Positions 1-31,124 of a DNA stretch of 64,000 nucleotides are shown piece after piece (within the stretch, counting starts at the first letter, position 1; every line of letters begins with the position of its first letter). Location: assembly GCA_963693365.1 (NCBI GenBank), contig CAVNZM010000015.1:4161502-4225501 (forward strand), given 5' to 3'. This DNA comes from Amoebidium appalachense (taxonomy: Eukaryota; Protista; Ichthyosporea). A model generated the notes under the pieces. It was not told the DNA's origin and searched no databases. It saw only the letters and a program-made list of their open reading frames with translations. Made by a program: the position numbers and the translations under genes.

Positions 1-199
1 TGGGGGGTTTACGCTGTTTACTCGAGGCAAAGAGAACCAGTCTCAGGTATGGGGGGGGGGGGTTTTGCTCGGAATATCCCCTCAGCGGTATATCATGATC
101 ACGTACATAGATGTCGGGTGGTGACTATATATCAGGGTTTACTTTCTCTACGAGACACCATAAAGACTACAAGGAGAAATCAATTAGTTGGGGTTCCCC

Positions 200-257
<58 letters not shown>

Positions 258-289
258 GGGCTCCCCTCGGGACACTCGGTATCAGCTGG

Positions 290-342
<53 letters not shown>

Positions 343-362
343 TGTGTGTGTGTGCGCGTGCG

Positions 363-3300
363 CTATAATTTTGTAGTGATGTGTTTCTCAAGCCAATCAA
401 TACATCTAATAAACAGGTCGTAGTTACGCGTGTTTAGTATAAAATCAAGGATGTTGTAATTTACAGGTAGGCTATCTTTCTGGGTGTCTGTTGTGAATGT
501 GACGTGTGTGTGTTGCGGTATTATGTGGTCTATCAAACTACATTTGGCGATACATGACCGGTTAAACTGGTGTGTGTGTGTGTTGTTTGGGCATGCAAAT
601 GATGCCACCTTATACTTATTAGATCTCCACTGTATAGCACGTGTACAGTAAAAGCGTGGTAATTGATCAATAATACCATCAGCTAGAGAAAGACCAGTTC
701 TACAGGAAGGTAATATGTATTTAGGTGTTATACACTTGCGAGTGCCATATTTGGCAATATGGTTGAGGCGGTCAGTATATATAAAACGAGACATAAGGCT
801 TAGTTTTTCAAGGTGTATGCTTTCATCGGGTCTAGTGTCGTTTGGTATCTTTTTCCATTTGTTATATTGCGTGATTATCTTGTGATTGTGTACATGTTTA
901 ATAAGTAAGTGGCAGTCCAAAGTCACACACACACTATTGCGGGGTTTATTTGTATTTGTGCCCAGGGGAGAAGGGGAGAGAGAGGGGAGGAAAGAGGGGA
1001 GAGGTGAGGAGGGGACAGGTCGGATAGAGAAGAGAGGGTGGGAGGGCAAATACTTCTTTAAGCGGCTTATGTGCTTATTGAATTTCAGCGCGAGATAGGA
1101 TACTCTAGCAGCTATTGGGACCAGACCATATATCGAGAGCGTTACAGGCCCAGGTTTACAACAGTTGTTAGATAGAAAGGAGGCAACTTCTGCTTCAAGG
1201 AAATTTGCCAAGGGTTTAAGCGCTCTAGTTCTCTCTTTCTTGATCCAAGCGGCGAGAAGGGGTAAACCATATTCACATGCCGGGAAGACAAAAGTGCGAA
1301 TAAATGTAAGTCTAATAGAAGGATGGAGGGGTGTGTCTTTAAAAATATTAGCCGAGAAGAAAGCTAACCGCTTACGAGCCAACTCTACCCTCTTTTCGAC
1401 CATATGGGGAAACATAACACCAACAGAATCAACCGGAACACCAAGATATTTGTATTCTGGAACTATAGGTACAGGTTTAGATGATAATGTAAATGTGTGT
1501 AAATTGTTAGCTATATCAGGTACAAGAACACCACATTTGTCTATGTTAAGGATCATAAGGTTTGCCTTGCACCACTCTGACACTACATCGAACAATCTTT
1601 GCAGGCGTCTAGGGGTACGGGCAAGGAGGGACAGATCATCAGCATAGAGAAGTGCAGGCGGAAAGTTATTAATAGGGTCATCGTTTTCGGCGTAAATCTT
1701 GACAGCCAAATCATCTATAAATAGGTTAAACAAAAAGGGGCTAAGCAATGAGCCCTGCAAGAGACCTCTAGTACGAGCAAAACCATATGAAAGATGCCCA
1801 TTAACCACAGCTCTACCATAGGTTTGAGACAAGAGTGCTTCTAACAGAACACCAATGCAGTGTGGTACACCCCGTGCAGCAAGCTTTTCCCATAGGAGAC
1901 CAGGGGAGACAGAATCGTAAGCAGTTTTCCAATCAATAAAGCCAACATATTGTGCACCAACTTGCATAGAATCGTGCAGTGCCATTATTTGAACATAACA
2001 TGAATTGTTTTTACGAAAAGCGGATTGGCATGGGTGTATGTGAAGAATAGATTGAAACCTAGGGTGATGTGCAAATAACCTAAGTAAGCAAGCTTCAAAG
2101 AATCTACGAACAACCTGGGTTAGTGTAATGGGGCGAAAGGATGATATGGGGCCCTCAGAGTCCTTCTTAACTATGGGGATCACTAAGGTATCTAACCAAG
2201 ATGACGGGACATGTCCACATTTAACACACCAAGAAAAGAGAGAGCTTAACATGATAGTAAGATCAGGTTTAATAGCACGATCACTTTCCTTTTGTGGGTA
2301 GGAGGGAACAAGGATTTTAAGAAACCCAGCAGGGAGTCCATCAGGTCCACAAGACTTACTAGAGCTATAACTAGATATCACAGACCATATGGCATCGGGA
2401 CTGAAAAAGGGGAGGATCGATTCTATGGGGATAGATGGGTCTACAGGCCACACAATAGGTTTCTGAGCGGGGGTCCTATCTTTAAACAGTTCCGAGAAAT
2501 ACTTATCAGAGTCTATGAGGGGGTCTCCAGTGGTATCACCAATAATACGAGCAGGGGGGCCAAATCGATTCATACTAGCAAGCCGGCGCAAGCTTTCCTT
2601 TTGAGACAGGGGTTCACCTAGTCTAGCGGGAGTGGTGTTTGGTAACAAGAGAGCATCGGGATATTCCTTCCTACCACCGCCAGCATAATCACCGAGATCT
2701 ATCAAATCATCAACAATAAAGTTAGTGCATGTATCTAGTACGAGATGTGAATCTGGCCTGGCTTGTGCAGATTCTAATAGGCGCATATATATAGGGTGTT
2801 TCGTAGCATAGCATACACATACATCAACTCTACCCCACTGTGACTTAAGCTGGGATAGACGGAGGCGAAAGGTGGGAGGGGGAGGGGGGAGCAGATCAAG
2901 GGAGATCTTAGGTAGGAAAAGGATAGGAGAGTGGTCAGATGACCTAGAGAGGTTAGGAGGGAGAGAGAGTTTTGACATGGTTGATGGCCAAAAGGCCACT
3001 CCCCAGTCGGTGTTGTGGGCATGGGATATTTGAGGGAACCGCAAAGTGTGACTTTGGACATACCTTGCTAAAGGGATAGCACGCTCCGGGGGCTTAGATG
3101 GGTACCCGACACTCACTTGCAGTGTGTCTGTGTGGTGGAGTCGCGTGTTAAAATCACCTAAAATAACAGTGGACATTGGTAACTGTGACAACTCGTGAGT
3201 CAATTCGACAACCGACATAGATGGTGGGTAATATACAAAAGTAAAAACATTAGAAAGAAACTCTATAGAAACCGAGAATTCCGTTTTTGCTACCGGTTTG

Positions 3301-3614
3301 CACTTCACTCTCACGTGTGGTGCGGCAAGTACAATAATGCCTCGGTTTTTCGCGTAACCGGGGTGTGTGGATGTGTCGACCAATGTAGAGTTGAATTTGT
3401 GGTGGTTTTTAAACTGTGTTTCGCAAATCACTGTAAACGTGTGGTTGTTTGTCTGTTGTTGTATGTAGCTGATTTTATCGTCGAGTGTCCCGGGGGCGTC
3501 GAGTGTCCCGGGGGGTCGAGTGTCCCGGGGGGTCGAGTGTCCCGGGGGATGAGTTGTCAAATGCTGACGTATACCCACACACACACACACACACACGTGA
3601 GCACCATCTCCCAA
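363..3614 (-). CDS. AP-like endonuclease + reverse transcriptase polyprotein
   Basis: EN motifs ICETQ, ILGDFN, SDHSPI; RT motifs KSCGPDG, FRPITL, FIDWKTAYDSV, GLLQGSLLSPFLFNLFIDDL, LYADDL, YKYLGV; Cys/His-rich C-terminus; no internal stops. True start uncertain. Confidence 0.95.
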   Translation of the reverse strand: MGDGAHVCVCVCVGIRQHLTTHPPGHSTPRDTRPPGTLDAPGTLDDKISYIQQQTNNHTFTVICETQFKNHHKFNSTLVDTSTHPGYAKNRGIIVLAAPHVRVKCKPVAKTEFSVSIEFLSNVFTFVYYPPSMSVVELTHELSQLPMSTVILGDFNTRLHHTDTLQVSVGYPSKPPERAIPLARYVQSHTLRFPQISHAHNTDWGVAFWPSTMSKLSLPPNLSRSSDHSPILFLPKISLDLLPPPPPTFRLRLSQLKSQWGRVDVCVCYATKHPIYMRLLESAQARPDSHLVLDTCTNFIVDDLIDLGDYAGGGRKEYPDALLLPNTTPARLGEPLSQKESLRRLASMNRFGPPARIIGDTTGDPLIDSDKYFSELFKDRTPAQKPIVWPVDPSIPIESILPFFSPDAIWSVISSYSSSKSCGPDGLPAGFLKILVPSYPQKESDRAIKPDLTIMLSSLFSWCVKCGHVPSSWLDTLVIPIVKKDSEGPISSFRPITLTQVVRRFFEACLLRLFAHHPRFQSILHIHPCQSAFRKNNSCYVQIMALHDSMQVGAQYVGFIDWKTAYDSVSPGLLWEKLAARGVPHCIGVLLEALLSQTYGRAVVNGHLSYGFARTRGLLQGSLLSPFLFNLFIDDLAVKIYAENDDPINNFPPALLYADDLSLLARTPRRLQRLFDVVSEWCKANLMILNIDKCGVLVPDIANNLHTFTLSSKPVPIVPEYKYLGVPVDSVGVMFPHMVEKRVELARKRLAFFSANIFKDTPLHPSIRLTFIRTFVFPACEYGLPLLAAWIKKERTRALKPLANFLEAEVASFLSNNCCKPGPVTLSIYGLVPIAARVSYLALKFNKHISRLKKYLPSHPLFSIRPVPSSPLPSFLPSLSPSPLGTNTNKPRNSVCVTLDCHLLIKHVHNHKIITQYNKWKKIPNDTRPDESIHLEKLSLMSRFIYTDRLNHIAKYGTRKCITPKYILPSCRTGLSLADGIIDQLPRFYCTRAIQWRSNKYKVASFACPNNTHTHQFNRSCIAKCSLIDHIIPQHTHVTFTTDTQKDSLPVNYNILDFILNTRNYDLFIRCIDWLEKHITTKL
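3481..3548. repeat. 4 x 17-18 bp tandem repeat TCGAGTGTCCCGGGGG near the retroelement 5' end
   Basis: Directly visible; a reverse-complement copy lies at 263-278. Confidence 0.9.
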
Positions 3615-4912
3615 AATTTTAACTACCCTTACAGGCTATGCGCACACGGCACCCATAATTATATTAGACTATTGTGCATGTAGCCTATGTACACTCGGAG
3701 ATCCAACACTCGCACGGCGCAGCTAATTTCACTGATTTACTGAATATCCCCTCAGTGAAGGCCGCCCCAGAGGCCCCGGACCGGGGCCAAAATAATAACT
3801 TGATAATACAATAATAATCTAGTATTGAACGTGCAGTGCCACGCGTGCGTAATCATATGCAGTGCCACAGTGTGCTAACAAATCATTTTTAATTTTATTA
3901 CATAACAGCATCTGGGAACCGTTGAACGGAATCTTATAATACTTGAAGAAACAAAACTTCAAACAAAATAAAGAACTCGAGCAAGGCGCGATTGGCAAAT
4001 GGACACACTGTCGGCACTGAGCCTATTAGCTAAAGGGGAAGCGTTCGTTCATATGCACCGTCCAGTGGCTGCGACGCGTGTGTGAACATGTGTGCTACTA
4101 GGTGAGGGGGAGGGGGGGAGATCGAAGATTTTGGGTGGGACCGGTGGGGGGGTTTTCAACACAGGTTGTTCTTTTCCAATTCTATCCCGGGAGGTACGGT
4201 TCCGTCCGAGGCACTACATAGCGCAGCTCGGACTTCGAGCTCGCCGCACTGACAACAGGCTGTTTATACACGAGTACTAAAATGAAAAGCAACAATAATA
4301 TGATGTACCTAAAAGGTTGCCATGTTCAAATACGTATTCCGTTTTCAAATACGTATGCCGTTAAGTCGGCGTTTGCATGCATAGTGGTAGTGCATAGTTG
4401 TGCACAGCACATACTCATGTGATTTGCCATGTTTCAGTGGAGTCATGGCAGGGGTAAACCCGTTGCACCCATTTATTATCATATGTGGACGGACTTTGGT
4501 ATGTCCAATTCCTTATCACACGGTGGCAGTAGCGGAGCTGGGCTGGACGGGACGCCCCCCGGGACATCAGGGGGGGGGGGGGGGGGGGGGGAGGAAATCT
4601 CGCACATTTGACCTTATAACATGGTTGAGGGCGTAGTGTAGAACTAGACAGTCCGTCGCCGAAAGATTCAAATGGATGACTTGAAAAAGGGGAAATGTCT
4701 TAAAGTTGAAACACTATATACATCGACCTTCCACGACCCCCCCCCCCCCACACACACACACACTACCCAAACACACCCTCCATCCCAACACAGAAACTTG
4801 TCAATAAATTCCACTGGTGAACCCACTTCAACCCTCTCAATATAGCCTAGCAGTTACCGCATGCAAGGAGAGTTTGACCATGCCTAGGGACAGGAGACCT
4901 TTTTATAGGGAC

Positions 4913-4947
<35 letters not shown>

Positions 4948-5429
4948 TTCCGAAGGTGTTGAATAACTACGCCAAGTGCAAACTTCAACTAATGCACCAT
5001 CTTCAAAGCATGAGACACCCGCTGCGAGCACAGCATGCACCCACTTTCGTATACATAACAGGAAAAACAGAAATGCAGCTTTAACAGAAAAACACCAGCC
5101 GCAGAGAGGAGCCATTGAAAGGAAGTCTGGGAATACATGGCACGCATGCAGGACGAGCCAAAAAAATACAGTCGGAGCAGAAAGCCAGCAACAGGCGAGA
5201 ACCAACACAAACACCCACGAACGGAAAAGGGGCAGGCGGCGGGGGAGGGGGGGGAGATCGCCAGCAGGCCATCGATGCGCAAAATCCCCTGGGACCTAGC
5301 CAACCCAAAATGGTTGGTTCAGACCGAGGTTCCGCTTTCGCACATTTAATGACCACTAGCCACCAGTGGCAGTGTTTAAATAAGAAAGAAAAGGAAGAAA
5401 AAGAACTTCAAGAAACAATTTCCCACCAA

Positions 5430-6552
<1,123 letters not shown>

Positions 6553-6572
6553 CTATTCGGCACTATTCGCTG

Positions 6573-6580
6573 TGACGTCA
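6573..6580. promoter_or_regulatory. CRE-like palindrome TGACGTCA upstream of RPS27A
   Basis: Perfect TGACGTCA ~180 bp upstream of the ATG; function not demonstrated. Confidence 0.3.
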
Positions 6581-6716
6581 GAGGGGCTTGATAAAGTCCT
6601 CGAACCTCGGGAATCCGAATCAAGGCCTCTTAGGAGGCCTTGATCCGAATCCTTGGAGTTCTCAGATGTCAGAGAGCGGGATCTGGAGAGGAGAGTGGGG
6701 GGGGAGGGGGGAGGGG

Positions 6717-6766
<50 letters not shown>

Positions 6767-8000
6767 GGAAGATGGGGAATATCTTGAACATTTTGGCAAT
6801 GGGGAAATGAATATAATGTGGGATGCTAATACTTTTGGAACCCTAACTAAGGCCCGGACTCGCCTAGAGGGCATATGCATGCTGTAGTCTCTCACTAATT
6901 TTTCAACTAAATCCTCCCCCCTCCCCCCCCCCCCCCCCACTCTCTCTCCCCCCCCCCCCCCCACACACACACACACACGTACACACACACACACACCAGC
7001 GGCACCACGACCACTACACAGGCTGGCACTCCGTGACCACGTATATAAAGTGCACATATGTGGTGCCTCCACCCCAGGCAGCAGCTATGCATATGCATGT
7101 GCGTATATGCCACGTGACACGTGTATATTAAATCTAACAGCTCATCGCCATATTAAAATAAATTTCAAAAGTTATAATCTAACACCTACCACGGCGGTGC
7201 ACACCTTCTGCAGTGGTGGCAATGTCGCATGAGCCAGAGATTATCATGAGTACTATTTATGTTGGAATATTCAATTTTATAATTTCTATAATTTTCCGTA
7301 CAATTCATGCCCACTAACCATACATGCATACATTACATGTGCACAGTCATAAATGTGATCACATTCAATATGCCATAGCACTCAAGAATCACCAGGCTGC
7401 TACATACATATATTCAAACTACAACCGGGTCACTATAACTGATGATTCGTAAATCCGCATCCTAGAGCTGGTACCCACCCGAAAAGACGACGGCCCATGA
7501 AGACGGTCCGCACGGAAAACACTGGTATTCGATTAGCCCTGGCAGTCGAGATCGTGTCGAAAGGGTCCTTCGGGATATCCATCCGGATGCAAAGTCCAAG
7601 AAGCCGTTAAGACGTTAACACAACTATAAAGAATTGAAGCACATACGATAGATACACACACACACTTACTACTGTTAACTGTGCTGAAATTTCTACGGTG
7701 ACAGTCTCCACATTCCAAATACACCTCACCGTATGGCATTAAATTTTCCATCGACTAAGATGATTAGATCTAAACACAACATGGTACGAAATAGTAAATG
7801 CACCTGATATCGATATACAGTGCAAATCCTAATATAGTAACTGTTCTCCAATCTCACACCCCTTTCTCTTTTTAGAATTTGTACATTAAGGTAATTTAAC
7901 TTGGTTTCCACGTACACTATTCCGTCGCTAGCCTACGTGTCGTCATTGACCATGCAAATCCCAACAAACTTTCCGTCTCCTCGGTGTCAGCCTAAAAACA

Positions 8001-24171
<16,171 letters not shown>

Positions 24172-26269
24172 TTTCGATTCAAGGGTTTTTTAGTGAGTTT
24201 TCACTTTGCATCTACGAGTTCAAGGCCCCCATTTCGAATTCCTTGGTGATCTGATTCATGGCGACAGGACCTTTGAACATGAAACGAAAAAACCCTTTAG
24301 AGGCTTTTGAGTGTGAGGACACAATTCTCCAGTGTTAATTTCTTGAAAAATCTCACTTATTCTAGTGTTCGTCAAAGTGAGTTGTTCAGGATCTGCTGAG
24401 GCAGCATAGCAGCCGTGAAGAACATGACTCACACAGCACCTTGCAAGTTTGGTAAACCTTGGCTGTGCAAGCTAATGTCCATCATTGACATTACGTTTGT
24501 TAAAACGTAAGCATTCTCATCTGAGCTTTCTAAGTTTGAATCAAGCAATACCATCAAAACATAAGTCGTGCCCCCAGGAAATGTCACAAGTCAAGAGGAC
24601 AATAATGGTTGATTTGCTTGAAGCTGAGAAGAAAACCAACGATGAATGATGAATACCAACTTCACACCCTTTCATTACTTGAAGCTAAGGGCACACCCTT
24701 TCATTACTTGAAGCTAAGGGAAACTACAGCAAAACACAAGACTCTGCTAGAGCTTTCTTTTCCTCCCACGCAAAAAAAATAAAAATTTCCATGGTGACAC
24801 AGAAACTTCAAGGGGACGCGTGCGCCCGCCCCCAAAAAACATGAACTTCGCCCTGGGGAGGCATTCTGGCGCGAAAATTTTTTTGTTCCGCGCGGCGGGA
24901 CACGCCCTAACAGCCAATCGGAATGGCGTAAGCATTGTGGCCAGCGGCCGCCGTGGCGGACACACTTTGCAGCTGGCAATATTTTCTATAAACAGTACCC
25001 GCAATATACATCACTTTTTTATTTAGGTATGTATATGTATTCAAATGTTTATATTATTTTTTATTTATTCAAAACAATATCATAAAGTTATGGTAAATCT
25101 TACACACAAGTGGTGCCGTCTTGCGCCGCCGGCGTCTGCAGACCAAACTTTCAAGAGAAATTCTTGACAGCCTTTATGACGACCTTCGAAGCTAAAGAGG
25201 CACTTGAAGGCTCTGGGTTTTTTCCATTCTACTAGTCTCAGCAAGCATACTAGTTTATATACGCGTTTATTTTTATGCATATGATACATTTATTTCCGAT
25301 TACCTCTAGAATAAAACACACCGTGAAAGGTTCTCTTATATTTGCGCTGTGCTGCAGTGCGTGCACGGTATGGGCAACGGTGGGCTGTTGATTGGCAGGG
25401 TATGAAAATCGGCGACGCCGAGGTGGCCGCCATTAGCACCACCAACACGGGTAAGCCTAAATACGCGCACACAACTACTATCCTGGGGGGAGGGGAAGGG
25501 GGAGGGGGCAGAGAGGGGGAGAGTGGGGGATATATTATTCCATGCCATGTCATATTGGTTTTTGGTGTATTCTTCATGGACTGCAAATTTATGGGAGGGG
25601 CCTGGGACAAGCATCCGAACACGCGGATCATAATAGGCCTCCCGGGGCTTGCAATTATTATGGATGAGAGTCTCAGCCCACGTGCAAAACCCCGTGCGTG
25701 ACCCAGGAGTTTGCACGTGCCCTATGTACGTGCATTGAGCTGAGCAGTGAGCAGGCCAACACACACGTGGCACACACACACATACACACACACGCGTTAC
25801 ACTAATAGTTAAATTTTGAAACTTAGTACTAGCCTAAGAGCTCAGTAAGGGGCCATTCACGATGCAACATCAGGCCCGTTTCAACGGGTACCGTCTAGAT
25901 CTTTTCGGGGCTACCGAGGCTGGGGGAAACTTCATGACTGATGATATGATAACTTCGGGGACCCTGAGCCTGGGTGGGAGTTGGGGGGGGGGGGAGGAGG
26001 AGGAGGTGAGGATTTGGAGGGAGGGACTCGTAGCTTCCCTAACTTAGTTTAGTATGCCATGATGGTGATCGGATATTGTCAAGTTATGTTAGTAGCCTGT
26101 GCACAAGGAAAGCCCTCATCAACTTCAGCAGAGTATTTCTTTTCTGATTACTGAGCGGCGGCCGCTTGAACTTCTCCGGAAGCTTATGCTTTGTTACCAA
26201 TCAACAGACCGAAAAATTCAATGTGTGTGTGTTTGTGTGTGAGTCGAAACGGTGTGCAAGTACTAGTGT

Positions 26270-28100
<1,831 letters not shown>

Positions 28101-29095
28101 GGGATATGACAGTGAATCCTGGTAGTACGGCCATGAAACCTTAAGACTTTAGACCCTAAACCGTCACTAAGTGAATGACTCCTGTACTCAGGGCCGCTGG
28201 TGATTCAGAAATTTGAAATTTAAGGTCACCTATTAATGTACTTACTACATACAGTATACAGTGGACAGGTACGTGTGTGCGCTGCCGCACGCACACGGTT
28301 TTTGTGCACACGTGTGCTCAGCCTGACGTCTCAAACGGAATGTGTGCCATGACCCTCGGAGGCCGACCTTTACCGTGCGCAGGCTAAACAGAAGCATGCA
28401 TGGCACTCGGCCCGGGCGGGCGGGCGTCGTGGTGGTCACGGTGGTACAGTACATACGGTGGTGGTGCTGGGGCCCGGGGAACTTTCAAGGGAGTATCCCT
28501 CCAGGGAATGATTTTCAATATGCACATACAAAACATTACTAATAAATACCGCTAATTGGATATTGATGTTGGTTGATGTGGGAAGTGCATAGATGTTCCT
28601 AGATGTAGGAAGAGCACGATTAACGGTGGTACAGTCACGCCTGGGCTATAGAGCAACCCTTCGTTTTCCCCCGGGCCGGGACGGTTGTTCTATCTAAAGG
28701 TAGGTCTATCGCAGGTGATGGCGCAAACATAGAGTGATTGCGCATAACGTAATATGTAGTAGGATAGTTGGAAATCCACCATGCCCGGTTAGCACCTATA
28801 TAGAGTGATCACTGAGATAGAGTGATAGATCACTGAGAGGGACATAATTTTTCTTGAAAGGAAAAAAGGGAGAGAAACACCATGATCACAAAGGGACGCG
28901 CTGCCTATAGCAAAGGGGATAGCGCTCGTTATGTGTCTGCGCCAGCACGTCTGCCACGGGCCTGGGATGCCACTAAATTGCACAAGTACCACTGGCTAGA
29001 AGAAGACGGTGTTTTGCGACCGGGGAAAAAAAAAAAGGATGGGGGACTCTGAGGTCGGGGATTTCGGAACGTTTTTTTTTTTTCTTTTTTACCCT

Positions 29096-29126
<31 letters not shown>

Positions 29127-29161
29127 GGGGGTGGTGGGGGGAGGGGGGGGGATGGCGTGGT

Positions 29162-29205
<44 letters not shown>

Positions 29206-29425
29206 GGGGGGGGGGGGGAGCAGGGGTTGTTCTATCTCAGGGCCTAGGCCCCCGGGTAGTTTCAACATAGGGTTGTTATGATCCCAGGCGGTACTGAAAC
29301 ATGCGAGTCATCCGTATGCCCATAGTCTTCCGGTAGATGAGTCCACAAAGCACGCCCTTTTTGGTTGGGTTAAAACGCATCAATTCGGCTGGTGAAAGCG
29401 GATGATTAGCTAATAGAGCACCGCG

Positions 29426-29966
29426 TTGGGATATTCGGGTTGGTTGTGAGGTTTTCCGGGTCGGGCCGAAGGCCTTAACGGGCCTGCGGCCCGTCTATTG
29501 GGCCATAGGCCCTAGGCCGCTAGGCCTGGGGCCCGGGGACCCGGGGACCCGGGGGCCCGGCCCGGCCCGCGAGCCACCCCCCCCCCCCGGCCCGGCCCGG
29601 CCCCCCGGCGCCCGGGGTTAGCAGAGTCCCGTCTATTGGGCCATAGGCCCTAGGCCGCTAGGCCTGGGGCCCGGGGACCCGGGGACCCGGGGGCCCGGCC
29701 CGGCCCGCGAGCCACCCCCCCCCCCCCCGGCCCGGCCCGGCCCCCCCGGCGCCCGGGGTTAGCAGACTCTGCTAACCCCGGGCGCCGGGGGCCGGGCCGG
29801 GCCGGGGGGGGGGGGTGGCTCGCGGGCCGGGCCGGGCCCCCGGGTCCCCGGGTCCCCGGGCCCCAGGCCTAGCGGCCTAGGGCCTATGGCCCAATAGACG
29901 GGCCGCAGGCCCGTTAAGGCCTTCGGCCCGACTCGGAAAACCTTACAACCAACCCGAATATCCCAA
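29426..29966. repeat. GC-rich long palindrome (arms ~200 bp, 1-nt apex at 29767) with a 141-bp tandem duplication in the left arm
   Basis: TTGGGATATTCGGGTTGGTTG... at 29426 mirrors ...CAACCAACCCGAATATCCCAA ending at 29966; apex GGGGTTAGCAGA-C-TCTGCTAACCCC. Confidence 0.95.
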
Positions 29967-29968
29967 TA

Positions 29969-30483
29969 TTGCTTCATTCTGATTGGTTGTCACACCACGG
30001 GGTTTCCCGATTGTTCTTCGAATGACATTTGCTATCACTATCAGACAGTTCTCCAATATCAGAACAGAAAACGGTCTCTACCCAGATGGCCAGATGGCCA
30101 GGTCAAATTCAGTGTGTGGAAAAAGGTGGATAAAACGGGATAAAACGGTGAGCAAAATGATCTGGCCATCTGGCCATGTGGCCATGGAATCTCTATATCT
30201 AAAAATAGCTGCCACTGCGCCGGGGCGTGGTTCCGGGAGGCAGGGGAGCAGGGGAGCAGGGGGAGGCACGTGAGCACTCACTGGGGCCTGGTTCCGGGAG
30301 GCAGGGGAGCAGGGGGGGGCACCCAGTGTGTGGGTGTGCATGTGGCAGGGGAGCAGGGGGGCAGGGGAGCAGGGGAGCAGGGGGGCAGGGGGGCAGGGGG
30401 GCTGGGGGGCAGGGGGGCTGGGGAGACTGGCATGCCACTCACGGGGAGGATAGTGTATGTTGGCACGTGTGGGTGTGTGGGTG
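29969..30483 (+). repeat. Left long inverted repeat
   Basis: Reverse complement of 60104-60625 with only a handful of differences; contains an ATTGG box, CCAGATGG repeats and 9-bp GCAGGGG(G/A) arrays. Confidence 0.95.
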
Positions 30484-30502
30484 ATAAAGGCAGAAGCCAC
30501 AA

Positions 30503-30788
30503 CACGTGTGGTGTCTAAACAGCCTATAGGCATGCTCCGTGTGCAGGCACCAATTTCTACCCTCTTCTGGTTGGTGCCAAGAGGCAGCGCCCTACATGTG
30601 TGGTGTCTAAACAGCCTATAGGCATGCTCCGTGTGCAGGCACCAATTTCTACCCTCTTCTGGTTGGTGCCAAGAGGCAGCGCCCTACACGTGTGGTGTCT
30701 AAACAGCCTATAGGCATGCTCCGTGTGCAGGCACCAATTTCTACCCTCTTCTGGTTGGTGCCAAGAGGCAGCGCCCTACACGTGTGGG
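30503..30788. repeat. 3 x ~92-bp tandem repeat with internal GGCACCAA/TTGGTGCC stem
   Basis: GTGGTGTCTAAAC recurs at 30508, 30600 and 30692. Confidence 0.92.
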
Positions 30789-31124
30789 GCCCAGTCTAGT
30801 TATTTCACATAGCCCCCTCTTCTCTTCTTCTATTCTAGGCATGTGTCACGATATAAGATGAAAATAAAAATCCTAAATCCAGAATATGGTAAAATGTCAT
30901 TTTTGGAATTTTAGCAGATCATATTTTTGAATTTATGAAATTAATAAGTTCATTATAAATGTAATTTACTAAATTATCACGTAGAGTAAAGAATCTAGTA
31001 CTATTAACCTAGAACTTTAGGAGTAGAATATAATCATTCAATGTTATTACAGGAGTATAAATAAAATAACCATTCAATGTTATTATAGGAGTGGGATTAA
31101 ATCATTCAATGTTAGGAAAGAAAA

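Larger units (their letters stand above)
201..3741 (-). mobile_element. Non-LTR retrotransposon (single APE-RT ORF) with poly(A) tail
   Basis: 1083-aa EN-RT ORF, ~110-nt 3' UTR after the stop at 363, then 53 A on the minus strand (T201-T253). The 5' limit is inferred from a 14-bp direct repeat at 72-85 / 3742-3755. Confidence 0.85.

Noticed and set aside
4205-4262. tRNA A-box-like TAGCGCAGCTCGG with a small hairpin
   Set aside because: No B box, T-loop or cloverleaf.
7550-7620. RVLRDIHPD resembling histone H2B (KVLKQVHPD)
   Set aside because: A stop follows shortly and no other histone-fold motifs are present.
25080-26190. Possible gene fragments
   Set aside because: Short ORFs without recognisable motifs or a consistent splice model.
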